This document shows positions 15,570 to 27,899 of a DNA stretch of 64,000 bases, piece after piece (the first letter of the stretch is position 1; every line of letters begins with the position of its first letter). Source of the stretch: the human T2T-CHM13v2.0 reference genome, Homo sapiens; the NCBI RefSeq assembly GCF_009914755.1, contig NC_060947.1. One strand, 5' to 3'. A model generated the notes under the pieces. It made no database searches. It saw only the letters and a program-made list of their open reading frames with translations, and had not been told where the DNA came from. The translations under genes were made by a program, and so were the position numbers.

Positions 15570-15818
15570 ATGTTGTTGACCAAGGGCACAAAGTGATCTC
15601 CCTCAGAAACCTACAATAGTGTTCTATAACCAAGTCCTTTAAATAGGCCATTTGAAGTTCTCATTAAAAAGGTCACTGTGCTATCAGGATGTGATAACCA
15701 ATACATCATTCTCATCTACTTAACAACAATTTGTCCAATTTTCAGATTAGTAACTGGTCATTTTAGGGCCTGAAAGTATATGATCAAGGACAGGAGAAAT
15801 TTGAAATCCACAGGAATT
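15570..15818 (-). pseudogene. Fossil coding segment downstream of the L1PA15/16 insertion
   Basis: IPVDFKFL.. vs MTLDAFAA; ENW..VVK*MRM vs QAWLQLVKNLSM; CRFLREI vs TALFVEHV (frameshifted). Confidence 0.5.
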
Positions 15819-18800
15819 GACAATGGGTGACTAGACACAGCTAGGTGCAACAGCTGCCACTGAGGGACGGAGATAACTGACACCCTCCTAATAAATCTTT
15901 AGAGGGAAGGCACTGTGTGTGGACAGAGGGAAGACACAGAAGCTTGGCTAAAGTGGGGAGAAGCTGGGAACATTGCATGCGGCTACCATGTGTTTCTGTT
16001 CCTAAATGACTCCAGGGAAATGGATAAGTTGAATTGGCAAGGAGTATTCTGATCTTGCCGTGGGCCTCTGGAATCCTAGCAGGAGGAGACCTCTCAATCA
16101 CCAGGGACACTCGAGTTGGTAGGGAGAGTTGCCTATGGAAGTCGTAGGGGCAGCACATCAGCTGAAGGGGACCCCAGAGAGTTTGGTGCAATATCATTTG
16201 TAGGGGAGCATGGCCAGAGAATCCCATTTCCCTAGGCTCAACCTGCTCCCATAGGAGACTTTAGCCCAGGGAAACTGTTGCACTTGAATCTGCAGGTCGG
16301 TCTTGCCTATCAGACAGGGCTGGTCTGACTTGAGAACCCCTTTATTTGCTGCCTTCTCCTGGGTCCCCAGCCTGGCAGCACTTGCTTGTAGGGTAGCCTC
16401 AGGTACCCCTGGGGGCCCACATTATAGCTTCTAAACTAGCTGACTATGCCTGACCGGCAGAGAACTCTAGCAGGGTGGCTCCTATGGCCACACACCATCC
16501 CAAGCACTCCCTCCCAACACTGCAGCTTCCCTCAGGCACATGTCAACACCCTTAACTGCTTGCCAGCATGTATGTGTGTAGGCAGGTTTTGCCTTCTTTG
16601 CCCTGCCAGCAGGTCTGTGTGCATGCACCTTGCTTTGCCATTGCTGTGTCAGGAGTGCACCTCACTGCCTTCCCAACACCCCAGCCAGCGCAGTGCATTC
16701 CAAAACTTGAGGAGTTAGAACACATATTACAGAAGTTAAGAGCTGAGTGCTGGCCCCCTAAAATCTTTCTGATATGATTCCAGTCTTCTGAATCCACCTT
16801 GTACCACAATCAAACCCTCAAGGTCATCAAACAGGATAAAAAAACTACCCAAAGGTCAGCAACTTCAAAGACTAAAGAAACATCAGTCCACAAAGATGAG
16901 AAAGAACCAACACAGTAACTCTGACAACTGAAAAAGCCAAAGTGCCTTTTTTTTCCTCCAAACAACCACACCATCTCTCTAGCAAGGGGTCTGAACTGGG
17001 TTTAGATGGATAAAATAACATAAATAGAATTCAGAATATGGATAGGAACAAAAATCACTGAATGCAGGAGTATGTGGAAATTCAATCCAAGAAAGGTAAG
17101 AATCAAAATAGAATAATACAGGAGGTGACAGACAAAACAGCCAGTATAGAAAAGAATGTAACTGACGTGACAGAGCTGAAAAACACACTACAAGAATTTA
17201 ATAATGCAGTCACAAGTATTAATAGCAGAATAGACGAACTGAAATAAAGAATCTCAGAGCTTGATGGCTGATTTTGTAAAATAAGACAGACAAAAAAAGG
17301 GAAAAAAAAGAATAAAAAGGAACAAATAAAACCTTCAAGAAATATGGAATTATGTAAAGAGACCAAATCTATGACTCACTGGAGTCCCTGAAAGAGATGG
17401 GGAGAGTGTAAACAACTTGGAAATAATATTTCATGACATCATCAATGAGAACTTCCCCAGTCTATCTAAAGAGGCCAACATTCAAATTCAGTAAATGCAG
17501 AAAACCCCAGTAAGATAATTCACAAGAAGAACATCCCCAAGACACATAACCATCAGATTCTCCAAGGTCAAAATGAAAGAAAAAATGTCAAAGGCAGCTA
17601 GAGAGAAAGGGCAGATCAAAGGGAAGCCCATCAGACTAACAGCAGGCCTCTTACAGACACTCTACAAACAAAAAGAGATTGAGGACTAATATTCAACATG
17701 CTTAAAGAACATGAATTGAAACCAATAATTTCATTTCTGGCCAAACTAAGCTTCATAAGTGATGGAGAAATAAGATTGTTTCCACACAAGCAAATGCTGA
17801 GGGAATATGTTACCACAATACATGACTTACAAGAACTTCTGAAAGAAGCATTAATATGAAAAGGAAAGACTATTTCCAGCCACTACAAAACACACACTTA
17901 AGTGCACAGACCAGTGACACTATAAAGCATCCACACAAACAAGTCTGCATAATAACCAGTTAATATCATGATGCCAGGATCAAATCCACACAAATCAATA
18001 TGAACCTTGAATGTAAATGGGCTAAACACCCGAATTAAAAGGCACAGTGTGGCAAGCTGAATAAAAACCCAAAACCCATTGGTATGCTTTCTTCAAGAGA
18101 CCCATTTCACATTCAATGACACCCACAGGAGCTAAATAAATGAATGAAGAAAAATCTACCAAGCTAATGGAAAACAGTAAAAAAGGAGGGATTGCAATCC
18201 TAATTTCAGAATAAAAAGACTTTAAACAAATAAAGATCAAAAAAGAAAAAAAGGGCATTACATAATGGCAAGTGGTTCAATTCATTAAGAACTAATTATC
18301 CCAAATATATGTGCATGCAACACAGGAGCACCCAGATTCATAAAGCAAGTTCTTAGAAATCTTCAAAGAGACTTAGACTCCCACACAATAACAGCTTGAG
18401 ACTTCAACACCCCACTGACAGTATTAGACATATCATCAAGACAGAAAACTAACAAAGATATCCAGGACCTGACCTCAGCACTGGGTCAAATGGACCTGAT
18501 AGACATCTTCAGAACTCTCCATCCAAAAACAACAGAATATAGATTCTTCTCTCTGCCACTTGGCACATGCTGTAAAATCGATCAAATAATCAGACAAAAA
18601 CACTCCTCAGCAAATGCAAAAGGACTGAAGTAATAACAACCACTCTCTTGGAAAACAGTACAATCAAATTTGAAATCAAGACTAAGAAATTATCTCAAAA
18701 CCATAAACAATTACATGGAAATTGAATAACCTGCCCCTAAATGACTTTTGGGTAAATAATAAAATTAAGGCAAAAATCTAGAAGTTCTTTGAAACTAATG

Positions 18801-18894
18801 AAAAAAAAAAAAAAAGATACAATATACAATATACCAGAATCTTTGGGACACAGCTAAGGCAGTGTTAAGAGGGAAAATTATAGCACTAAATGTC

Positions 18895-19821
18895 TATATT
18901 AGTCAAGGTTCTCTAGAAGGACAGAAGTAATAGGATGACGTATATATGAAGGGGTATATATTAAGGAGCATTGATTCACAAGATCACAAGATGAAGTCCC
19001 ACGGTAGGCTTTTGGTAAGCTAAGGAGCAAGGAAGCCAGTCTGAGTCCCAAACCCTCAAAAGTAGGGGAGGTGACAGTGCAGTTTTCAGTCTGTGGCTGA
19101 AGGCCCAAGACTCCCTGATACGGTTTGGCTATTTCCCCACCCAAATCTTATCTTGAATTGTAGCTCCCACAATTCCCATATGTCTTGGGAGGAACCTGGT
19201 AAGAGGTGATTGAATTATGGGTGGTTGGGTCTTTCCTGTACTGTTCTCATGATACTGAATGAGTCTCATGAGATCTGATAGTTTTTAAAAAGGGAGTTTC
19301 CCTTCACAAGCTCTCTCTTTGCCTACTGCCATCCATGTAAAACATGACTTGCTCATGCTTGCCTTCCACCATAATTGTGAGGCTTCCCCAGCCACATGGA
19401 ACTGTTGGTTCTCCATCAAACTTCTTTCCTTTGTAAATTGCCCAGTCTCAGGTATGTCTTTACTAGCAGTGTAAAAACTGGCTAATACAGCCCCTATCAG
19501 ATCACTGGTGTAAGTCAAAGAGTCCAAAACCTGAAGAAATAGGAGTTTGATGTTCGACAACAGGAAGCATCCAGCCCTGGAGAAAGATGAAGGTCAGAAG
19601 ACTGAGCAAGTCAGCTTCTTCCACCTTCTTCTACCTGCATTATTCTAGCTTTACTGGCAGCTGAATAGATAGTGCCCACTCAGATTGTGGGTGGGTCTGC
19701 CTCTCCCAATCCACTGACTCAAATGTCAATCTCCTTTGGAAACACCCTCATAGACACACCCAGGAATGATACTTTGCATCCTTCAATCCAGTCAAGTTGA
19801 CGCTCAATATTAACCATCACA
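18895..19821 (-). mobile_element. MLT2A2 solo LTR nested in L1 ORF2 and interrupted by THE1
   Basis: Reverse complement of the 6028-6588 element; perfect TSD atgtc. Confidence 0.88.
19116..19489 (+). mobile_element. THE1 (C-like) solo LTR nested in MLT2A2
   Basis: TGATACGGTTTGGCT ... GCTAATACA; TSD ctccc/gcccc. Confidence 0.88.
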
Positions 19822-22744
19822 ATGTCCATATCAAAAACTTAGAAAGACCAAAATTTAACAACCTATCATCACAACTAAAAGAACTAGAGAAGTAAGATAA
19901 AACCACCCTCAAAGCTAACAGAAGACAAGAAATAACCAAAATCAGAGCTGAACTGAAGGAAGTTGAGACATGAAAATCTATTCAAAAGATCAATGAATCC
20001 AGGAGTTGTTTTTTTGTAAAACATTAATAAAATAGATAGACTGCTAGCTAGACAAATAAAGAAAAACAGAGAGAAGGTCTAAATAAGCACAATTAGAAAT
20101 GACAAACGGGATGTTACCACTGCCACACATAAATACAAATAATCATCAGAGAACATTATGAACACCTCTATGCACATATACTGAAAAATGTAGAAAAAAA
20201 ACAAATACATTCCGGGACACATACACTCTCCCAAGACCAAACCAGGATGAAATTGAATCCCTAAACACACCAATGATGAGCTCCAAAATTTAATCTATAA
20301 TAAATAGCCTACTAACAACAACAACAACAAAAATTCAGGACAAGGTGGATTCACAGCCAAAGTCTACCAGATATACCATTTCTAATGAAACTATTTTAAT
20401 CAATTGAGAAGAAGGAACTCCTTCTTAATTCATTCTATGAGACCAGCATCATCCTGATACCGAAACGTGGCAGAGATAAAAACAAACAAACAAACAAACA
20501 AACAAAAACCCAAAAACAAAACAAAACAAACAAAAAACACTTCAGGGCAATATCATTGATAAACATTAATGCTAAAATCTTCAACAAAATACTGACAAAT
20601 GAAATCCAGCAGTACAGCAAGAAAGCTTATCTACCATGATCAAGTAGGCAAGTTATCCTTGGAATGCAAGTTTGGTTCAACATACGCCAATCAATAAACG
20701 TAATTCAGCACATAAACAGAACTAAATACAAAAACCAAATGATTATCTCAACAGATGCAGAAAAGACTTTTGATAAAATTCCAACACTTCTTTTTGTTAA
20801 AAACTCTCAATAAATTATGTATTGAAGGAACATACCTCAAAATAAGAGCCATCTATGACAAAACCACAGCCAACATCATACTGAATGGGCAAAAGCTGGA
20901 AGCATCATATTGAAAACTGGTGCAAACAAAGGATGTCCTCTCTCACCACTCCTATTCAGCAGAGTATTGGAAGTCCTGGCCAGAGTAATCAGGTGAGAGA
21001 AAGAAAAAAATAAAGGGCATCCAAAGAGGAAAAGAAGAAGTCAAATTATCCCTCTTTGCAGATGACATGTTCTATATTTAGAAAACCCCATAGTCTTGGC
21101 CCAACAGCTTCTTCAGCTCATAAATATTAATAATTTTCACAAAGTCTCAGGATACCCAGTCAATGTACAAAAATGACTGGCTTTCCTATACACAAACAAC
21201 AGTCAAGCTGAGAGCAAATCAGGAATGCAGTTCCATTCACAATTGCCACAGAAAGAATAAAATATCTACAAATACATCTAACCAGGATGATGAAACATCT
21301 CTACAAGGAGAACTACAAAATACTGCTCAAAGAAATCAGAAATGACATAAACACATGGAAACATTCCATGCTCATGAATAGGAAGAATCAATATTGTAAA
21401 AATGGCCATACTACCCAAAGCAATTTATAGATTATATGCTATGCCTGTCAAAATACTAATAACATTCTTTAGAGAACTAAAAGAAAATAATACTATTTTA
21501 AAACTCATATGGAACTAAAGAAGAGCCTAAATAGCCATGGCAATCCAAAGGAAAAAAAAAAAGCTAGAAGCATCACATTACCCAACTTCAACATATACTA
21601 CAGGGCTACAGTAACCAAAACAGTATGGTACTGGCACAAAAACAGACACATAGACCAATGGAACAGAATAGAGAACCCAGAAATAAGACTGGACACCTAC
21701 AACCATATGATCTTCAACAAACTTGACAAAAACAAGTAATGGAGAAAGGACTCCCTATTCAATAAATGGTGCTGGGATAGCTGGCTAGCCATAGATGGAA
21801 GATTGAAACTGGACCCCTTTCTTACACCATATACAAAAATTAACTCAAGATGGATTAAAGACTTACATGTAAAACCCCAAAGTATAAAAACCCTGGAAGA
21901 CGACCTAGGCAATATAATTCCAGACATAGGAATGGGCAAAGATTTCATAACGAAGATGCCAAAAGCAATTACAACAAAAGCAAAAATCGACAAATGGAAT
22001 ATAATTGAAGAGCTTCTGCATGGCAAAAGAAACTGTCAATAAAGTTAACAGACAACCTAGAGAATGGGAGACTTTTTTTTTTTAAACTGTGCATCTGACA
22101 AAGATCTAATATCCAGCATCTATAAAGACCTTAAATTTACAAAAAAAATACAAACAACAGACAGAAAGACAAAACTACCATTCACCCCAGCAATCCCATT
22201 ACTGGGTATATACCCAAGGAATATAAATTGTTCTATCTTAAAGACACATGCACACACATGTTCATGGTAGCACTATTCCCAATAGCAAAGACATGGAATC
22301 AACACAGATGCCCGCCCATCAGTGGTAGACTGAATAAAAAAAATATGGTATATATACACCATGAAATCCTATGCAGCCATAAAATATAATGAGATCATGT
22401 CATTTGCAGGAACATGGATGGAGTTGGGGGCCATGATCCTTAGCAAACTATCGCAGGAATAGAAATCCAAATACTGCATGTACTCACTTATAAGAGGGAG
22501 CTAAATGATGAGATCACATGGAAACATACAGGAGAATAACAGACACTGGGGCCTACCGGAGGGTGGAGGGTCGGAGGAGGGAGCAGATCAGGAAAAATAA
22601 CTAATGGGTACTAGGCTTAATATCTGAGTAATGAAATAATCTGTATAACAAACCCCCATGAAACGAGTTTGCCAATATAACAAACCTGCACATGTACCCC
22701 TCAACTTAAAATTAAAGTTAAAAAATAGGAAATCTAGAGGGATT

Positions 22745-22880
22745 AAAGGAAAGCGGTATTTATGCTTTAATAACTGCAATGGGAATGTCTAATGATTTCA
22801 CAAAAGGAAGTTCAATAACAAAAGCAAACTTTTTAACAGTAAAATACATTTGAAGAAGACTTTCTTTGAAGGTTTTCCTT
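22745..22880 (-). pseudogene. Fossil coding segment upstream of the L1PA15/16 insertion
   Basis: YFTVKKFAFVIELPFVKSL vs RNF213 RSRLQNFSRILTIYPQVLHSL; continues through the L1 TSD as IPLDF. Confidence 0.55.
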
Positions 22881-23665
22881 CCTCCATAACTTCGTAAATT
22901 TGGAAAGCTCTAAGGCTCATTTCTTAGATCTTTCTTTGCTCTATTTACATTAACTCTTTTGTTGGACACATCCAATTTCAAAAGACTTTACATACCATCT
23001 ATATGCTAATTACTACAAAATGTTTATTTCCCTCCTAGGTCTTTTTCTTCAAATCCAGACTTCTGTATCCAATTACCTATGTAAGATGTCAATTTTAATA
23101 TCTAATAATCATCTCAAACTTGATACATTCAAATCCAGACCCTTGGTATTCTTCTCCAAATCTGTTCCACTTGTAGCTGGTCTTGTTTTCACAGATGTAA
23201 TTCAATTCTTCTGGTTGCTCAGGCCAAAAACTTTGTCTTTGACTTTTTCTCATACTCGGCATCATCCAATATGTCATGAAATATTTTGGTTTCGTTTTCA
23301 AAATACATTTAGAAACTAACCACTTCCCATTAAATTCACCACTACCAAACCAACCCAAGCTGCCATCATCTCTTGTGTGAAATGGTGCAACACCCTCATA
23401 ACTAGTATCCCTTATAGCTTCTTCTTTACCCTTATAGTCTATTGTCAACAGATAAGCCCAGATAATTCTTCAAAAGTTCAAATTAGACAATCTATTCCTC
23501 TATTCAATAATTTTCAACAGCCTCAAACTTCAGAGTAAAATGCAAATCTTTTAAAGTCAAATATGAGGAGCTATAAGATATAGTCATATATTCTCCCAAA
23601 TAAATCTAATGTGAGAAATTATGTAATTTCAGATGTTCAAATAGCCACATTAAAGAAAGAAAAAA

Positions 23666-23959
23666 GGCTTGGTGCAGTGGCTCATGCCTGTAACCCCGAC
23701 ACTTTGAAAGGCCAATGCAGATCGCTTGAGTGCAGGAGTTTGAGACTAGCCTGGGCAACATGGCAAAACCTGTCTCTACAGAAAATACAAAAATTACCTG
23801 GACATGTTGGTGCATGCCTGTAGTCCCGGCTACTTGGTAGGCTGAAGTGGGAGGATTGTTTGATTCCCAGAGGCAAAGGTTGAAGTTGAGTCAAGATCCT
23901 GCCACTGCACTCCAGCCTGAGCAACAGAGTGAGACCCTGTCTCAAAAAAAAAAAAAAAA
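23666..23959 (+). mobile_element. AluJ
   Basis: GATCGCTTGAG..AGGAGTTTGAGACTAGCCTGGGCAACATGGC; poly-A tail. Confidence 0.88.
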
Positions 23960-24148
23960 GTTAAAAAAATGGGCAATATAATTTTTGAATAAATTTAACA
24001 CAATATACACAAAACATCACCTCATCATGTAACCAATATAAAAATATTAATAATGAAATATTTTACATTCTCCTTTTCATACTAACTCTTCAAATTCTGA
24101 TGTGTATTTAACATTAACAGTATATTTCAATTTGAACTAAACACATTT

Positions 24149-25194
24149 TTGTATTTTAAATTTTTGTGTGGACATAGCAGGTGTATATATTTATGGGATA
24201 TATGGGAAATTTTGATCCAAGTGTGCAATGTGTAATAATCAAATCAGGGTAAATGAGGTGTCCATGACCTCAAGCATTTATTCTCTGTGTCACAAAGAAT
24301 CAAATTGTACTTTTAAGTTATTTAAAAATGTACAATTAAATTATTATTCTGACTATAGTCACCCTGTTGTGCTATCAAATACTAGATATCATTCATTCTT
24401 TCTAACTGTTTTCTGTACCTATTAACCCTCTTCTCTTTCCCCTTACCCCCTCACTACATATCCCAGCCTCTGGTAACTATCATTCTAATCTCTATCTCCA
24501 TAAATTCTATTGTTTCCATTTTTGTCTCCCATAAATGAGTGAGAATATGTGAAATGTGTCTTTCTGGGTCCGGTTTATTTCACTGAACATATTATGCTAC
24601 AGTTGTATCATGTTGTTGCAGATCACAGTATCTCAGTCCTTTTATGGCTGAATAATATTCTATTGTGTATATGTACCACATTTTCTTCACTCATTCATCT
24701 GTTGATGAACACTTAGTTTGCTTCCAAATCTTGACCCTTGTGAACAAAGCTGCAACAAACATGACAGTGTAGATGTTACTTTGTTATACTGGTCACTGTA
24801 TTTCCTTTATTTGGGTATATACTCAATAGTGGGATTGCTAGATGTATGGCAGCTCTATTTTTAGTTTTTTGAGGAAACTTCACAAAAATTGTTATATTTT
24901 TATATTGAACAATATAAAAAATTACATTGTTCTCCATAGTGGTTGTACTAATTTACATTCCCACCAACAGTGTACAAGAGTTCCCTTTTCTCTACCTCCT
25001 TGCCAGCATTTTTTATTGCCTGTCTTTTGGAGATAAGCCATTTTAACTGGGGTGAGATGATATCTTACTGTAGTTTTTATTTGCATTTCTCTGATGATCA
25101 ATGATGTTAAGCATCTTTTCATATGTCTGTTTAACATTCATATGTCTTCTTTTGGGAAATGTCTCTTTTGATTTTTTGGCCATTTTAAAAACAT
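24149..25194 (-). mobile_element. 5'-truncated L1MA2/3
   Basis: L1MA 3'UTR; 19-bp TSD atttgaactaaacacattt / atttgaactaatcacattt. Confidence 0.87.
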
Positions 25195-26044
25195 ATTTGA
25201 ACTAATCACATTTCAAATGCTCAGCAATCACATGTGGCCAGTGACTACCATATTGGGCAGCCCAGGTCTAAACTCTTTATTATTTCTTTAACTTCATCTC
25301 CTGCTACTTACCCCTCAGTCATTCAGCTCAGTGATATTCTAGTACTTTCTTATTCAGTCACTCTAGGAAGACTCCTCACTTGCTGTTCCTTCTGGTTACA
25401 TGCTTTTCTCCTAGATACCCAAATGATTTATCTCCTCACTTTCTATAATCTTTGGTTAAATGTTACCTTTTCAATGAGGTCATCCCTGACTACCCATAAC
25501 AATCGTTCCTGCACTTTCTATCTCCTTTCCATGCTTTGTCTACATGGAAGGGGGGTAGATAATCAATATTTAAATATATAATATAATTTATTTTTAAGAT
25601 TATTTAGCTCCCTAGACTAGAATGTGAATTCCAGAGGGCAGGGAGTTTTTTCGTTGTTTTTGTTTGTTGCTGTTGGATTTCCAGTACTTAGAACAGTACC
25701 TGACATATAGTAAATAATAAATAATTATTCAATAAATACATTTATACATTAGCAAAATATACACAATGTAGAAGTCATTATATAGCAGTAACACCTAATT
25801 CTGGTTTCACATACTCTGAGGTATCTACTAGTAATCTCAATAAATCCTTTCATCATTGAATATTTAACAAATTACTATAGCGTACTAAGTGATGGAGACA
25901 CAAGGATACATCTAAGAGAAATTATACCTGCCTTAATGGAGTATTCAGTCTAGTTAGAGAGACAACCATTAAACAAACAATCACACTAATGAATGATTAC
26001 AAACTTTGTAAAATGCTATAAGGTTTCAAATGCTACTCAGAAAT

Positions 26045-26800
26045 AAGAAGGAAAAATTATTGATATGCATAAATGATAAGATGAACCTCCAGGGAATTAT
26101 GCTCAGTGAAAAAAAATCTCTAAAATTTACATATTTTAGGGTTCCATTTATGCAACATTTTTAGAAATAATGAAATTATGGAAATGTAGACTGGTTAGTC
26201 TGCCAGGGGTTGGGGAGGTGAGGAGGGTCAAAAGGTAGTGGGTGTGGGCAAAAGGGAAAAATAAATATCCCTGTAGTGATGGAAATGCTATCTGATATGG
26301 TTTGGCTGTGTCCCCACCCAAATGTCATCTTGAATTGTAGCTCCGATAATTCCCACCTGTCATGGAAGTGACTGGTGGGGGGTAATTGAATCATCGGGGC
26401 AGGTCTTCCCCATGCTGTTCTCATGATGGTGAATAAGTCTCATGAGATCTCATGGTTTTATAAAGGGGAGCTCCCTTACAGAAGCTCTCTTGCTTGCCAC
26501 CATGTAAGGCATGACTTTTCTCTCATTCAGATTCCACCATGATTGTGAGTCCACCCCAGCCATGTGGAACTGTGAGTCAATTAAATCTCTTTTCTTTGTA
26601 AATTACCGTCTCAGGTATGTCTTTATTTGCAGTGTGAGAACAGACTAATACATGATCCATCTTGACTGTGTCAATGTGAACATCCTAATTGTGCTGTTGT
26701 GCTATAGTTGCTAGGACTGGGAGAAATCCAGTACAGGTACACTCTGTATTATTTCTTACAACTGAATATGGATCTACATTTATCTCAAAATGAAAAAGAA
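26045..26800 (+). mobile_element. L1MD-like 3' fragment inside a minus-strand L2 remnant
   Basis: GGAATTATGCTCAGTGAAAAAA..; CTTGACTGTGTCAATGTGAACATCCT. Confidence 0.65.
26293..26652 (+). mobile_element. THE1 (B-like) solo LTR
   Basis: TGATATGGTTTGGCTGTGTCCCCACCCAAAT ... CAGACTAATACA. Confidence 0.9.
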
Positions 26801-27139
26801 AGGTGTAGGATGCTATGAAAACATGGAATATATCTAGTGATTAAAGAGGGCTTCCTTGAAAAGGTGACATTCAAGCTGAAATGGAAATAACATATAAAAG
26901 ATAACTGGAAGAGGGAGAGGGGCACACATTCCAGGCATCAGCATCATTCTTCTCCAGTGCGGGAGACGAATTAGAGAAGAGTCAATGGTTAATGCAGGAA
27001 GATGCATTGGGTGCCCATTAATTGCTGTCTAGGCAAGTAATAACAGTAGCTTTTTCTTATGTGATTACCAATGGAATGGTAATTAAATGGACTCAAATGC
27101 TACTCAGGATGTGAAATAACGTGACCAAAAAGTCTTAAA

Positions 27140-27310
27140 GATAGTTGAAAATAAATTATATAAACTTATTTAATGATAATGGCTCATATATTTTAGCAGC
27201 GTTTTAAAACATCAGATCGTTGTAACTCTGAAAAGTTTGTAACTAACCAGTACAGCGTAACACATAGCTTTCCCAAATTACTTTGATTTGCAACAGATGA
27301 TATTTACACA
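27140..27310 (-). pseudogene. Fossil coding segment
   Basis: SVANQSNLGKLCVTL vs RNF213 DIFQQTPLGRFLAQL; FQSYNDLMF vs LQCYLKDFIL. Confidence 0.6.
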
Positions 27311-27899
27311 AACACTAAGTGATGCCAGTTTGCCTCTCACACAATCAAAGAAAGTACTTCTTAGTCTTAATTGGCCTGGCCATCTCCGCTAGTTAAGAGC
27401 TGACCACTTGTTCTTAACACTCTCTGCTCCACTGACTCCTGCAAAACAACTGTCTCTGAGTCCTCCTAATAATTTTGAAAGTTATTCCTCCTTGCTTTTT
27501 GTGGACCTACTTTCCCTATTCATTCCTTAAAAATTAATTTTCCTATAGCTCTGCTCTCAGAAAACTGACTGCCTCATTCTACACAGTCTCCCCATCCTTT
27601 TGTCCTTCCTTTTGAATAAAAGGATGTGATTTCATCAGAGACATATAGGCTATGAATATCAAAGATCTATCTCTAGCCCCAGTTGCTGCACTGACACCAT
27701 ATTCAGGACTTAATTCTAACTTAAGTGCTTGGTGTTCTCATCCTACATTCTACAAGGCCCTCAAACCAAACATGGCTAAGATTAAATTCATCATCTTGCT
27801 TCCAAAACCTGTTCTACTTCACTTATTCTGTATCTTTTCTAATGTCACAAGTACACCACTCATTCATCCCAGATAGAGTCTATCTTTGAGTCACCATCC

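Larger units (their letters stand above)
15819..22728 (+). mobile_element. Near full-length L1PA15/16-like element
   Basis: 5'UTR, decayed ORF1 and ORF2, L1PA13-16-type 3'UTR; deletion of a few hundred bp near 22160; TSD gaaatccacaggaatt (15803-15818) / gaaatctagagggatt (22729-22744). Confidence 0.88.
23590..25265. mobile_element. MER33 hAT element split into three pieces
   Basis: ATGTAATTT..ATAGCCACATTAAA (~23620), middle piece 23960-24148, end CACATGTGGCCAGTGACTACCATATTGGGCAG (~25230). Confidence 0.8.
22890..25740 (+). mobile_element. L2 (L2a-like) 3' portion, interrupted by MER33, Alu and L1MA
   Basis: L2 motif CCATCTATATGCTAAT at ~22995; 3' end CCAGTACTTAGAACAGTACCTGACATATAGTAA at ~25681. 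Confidence 0.75.
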
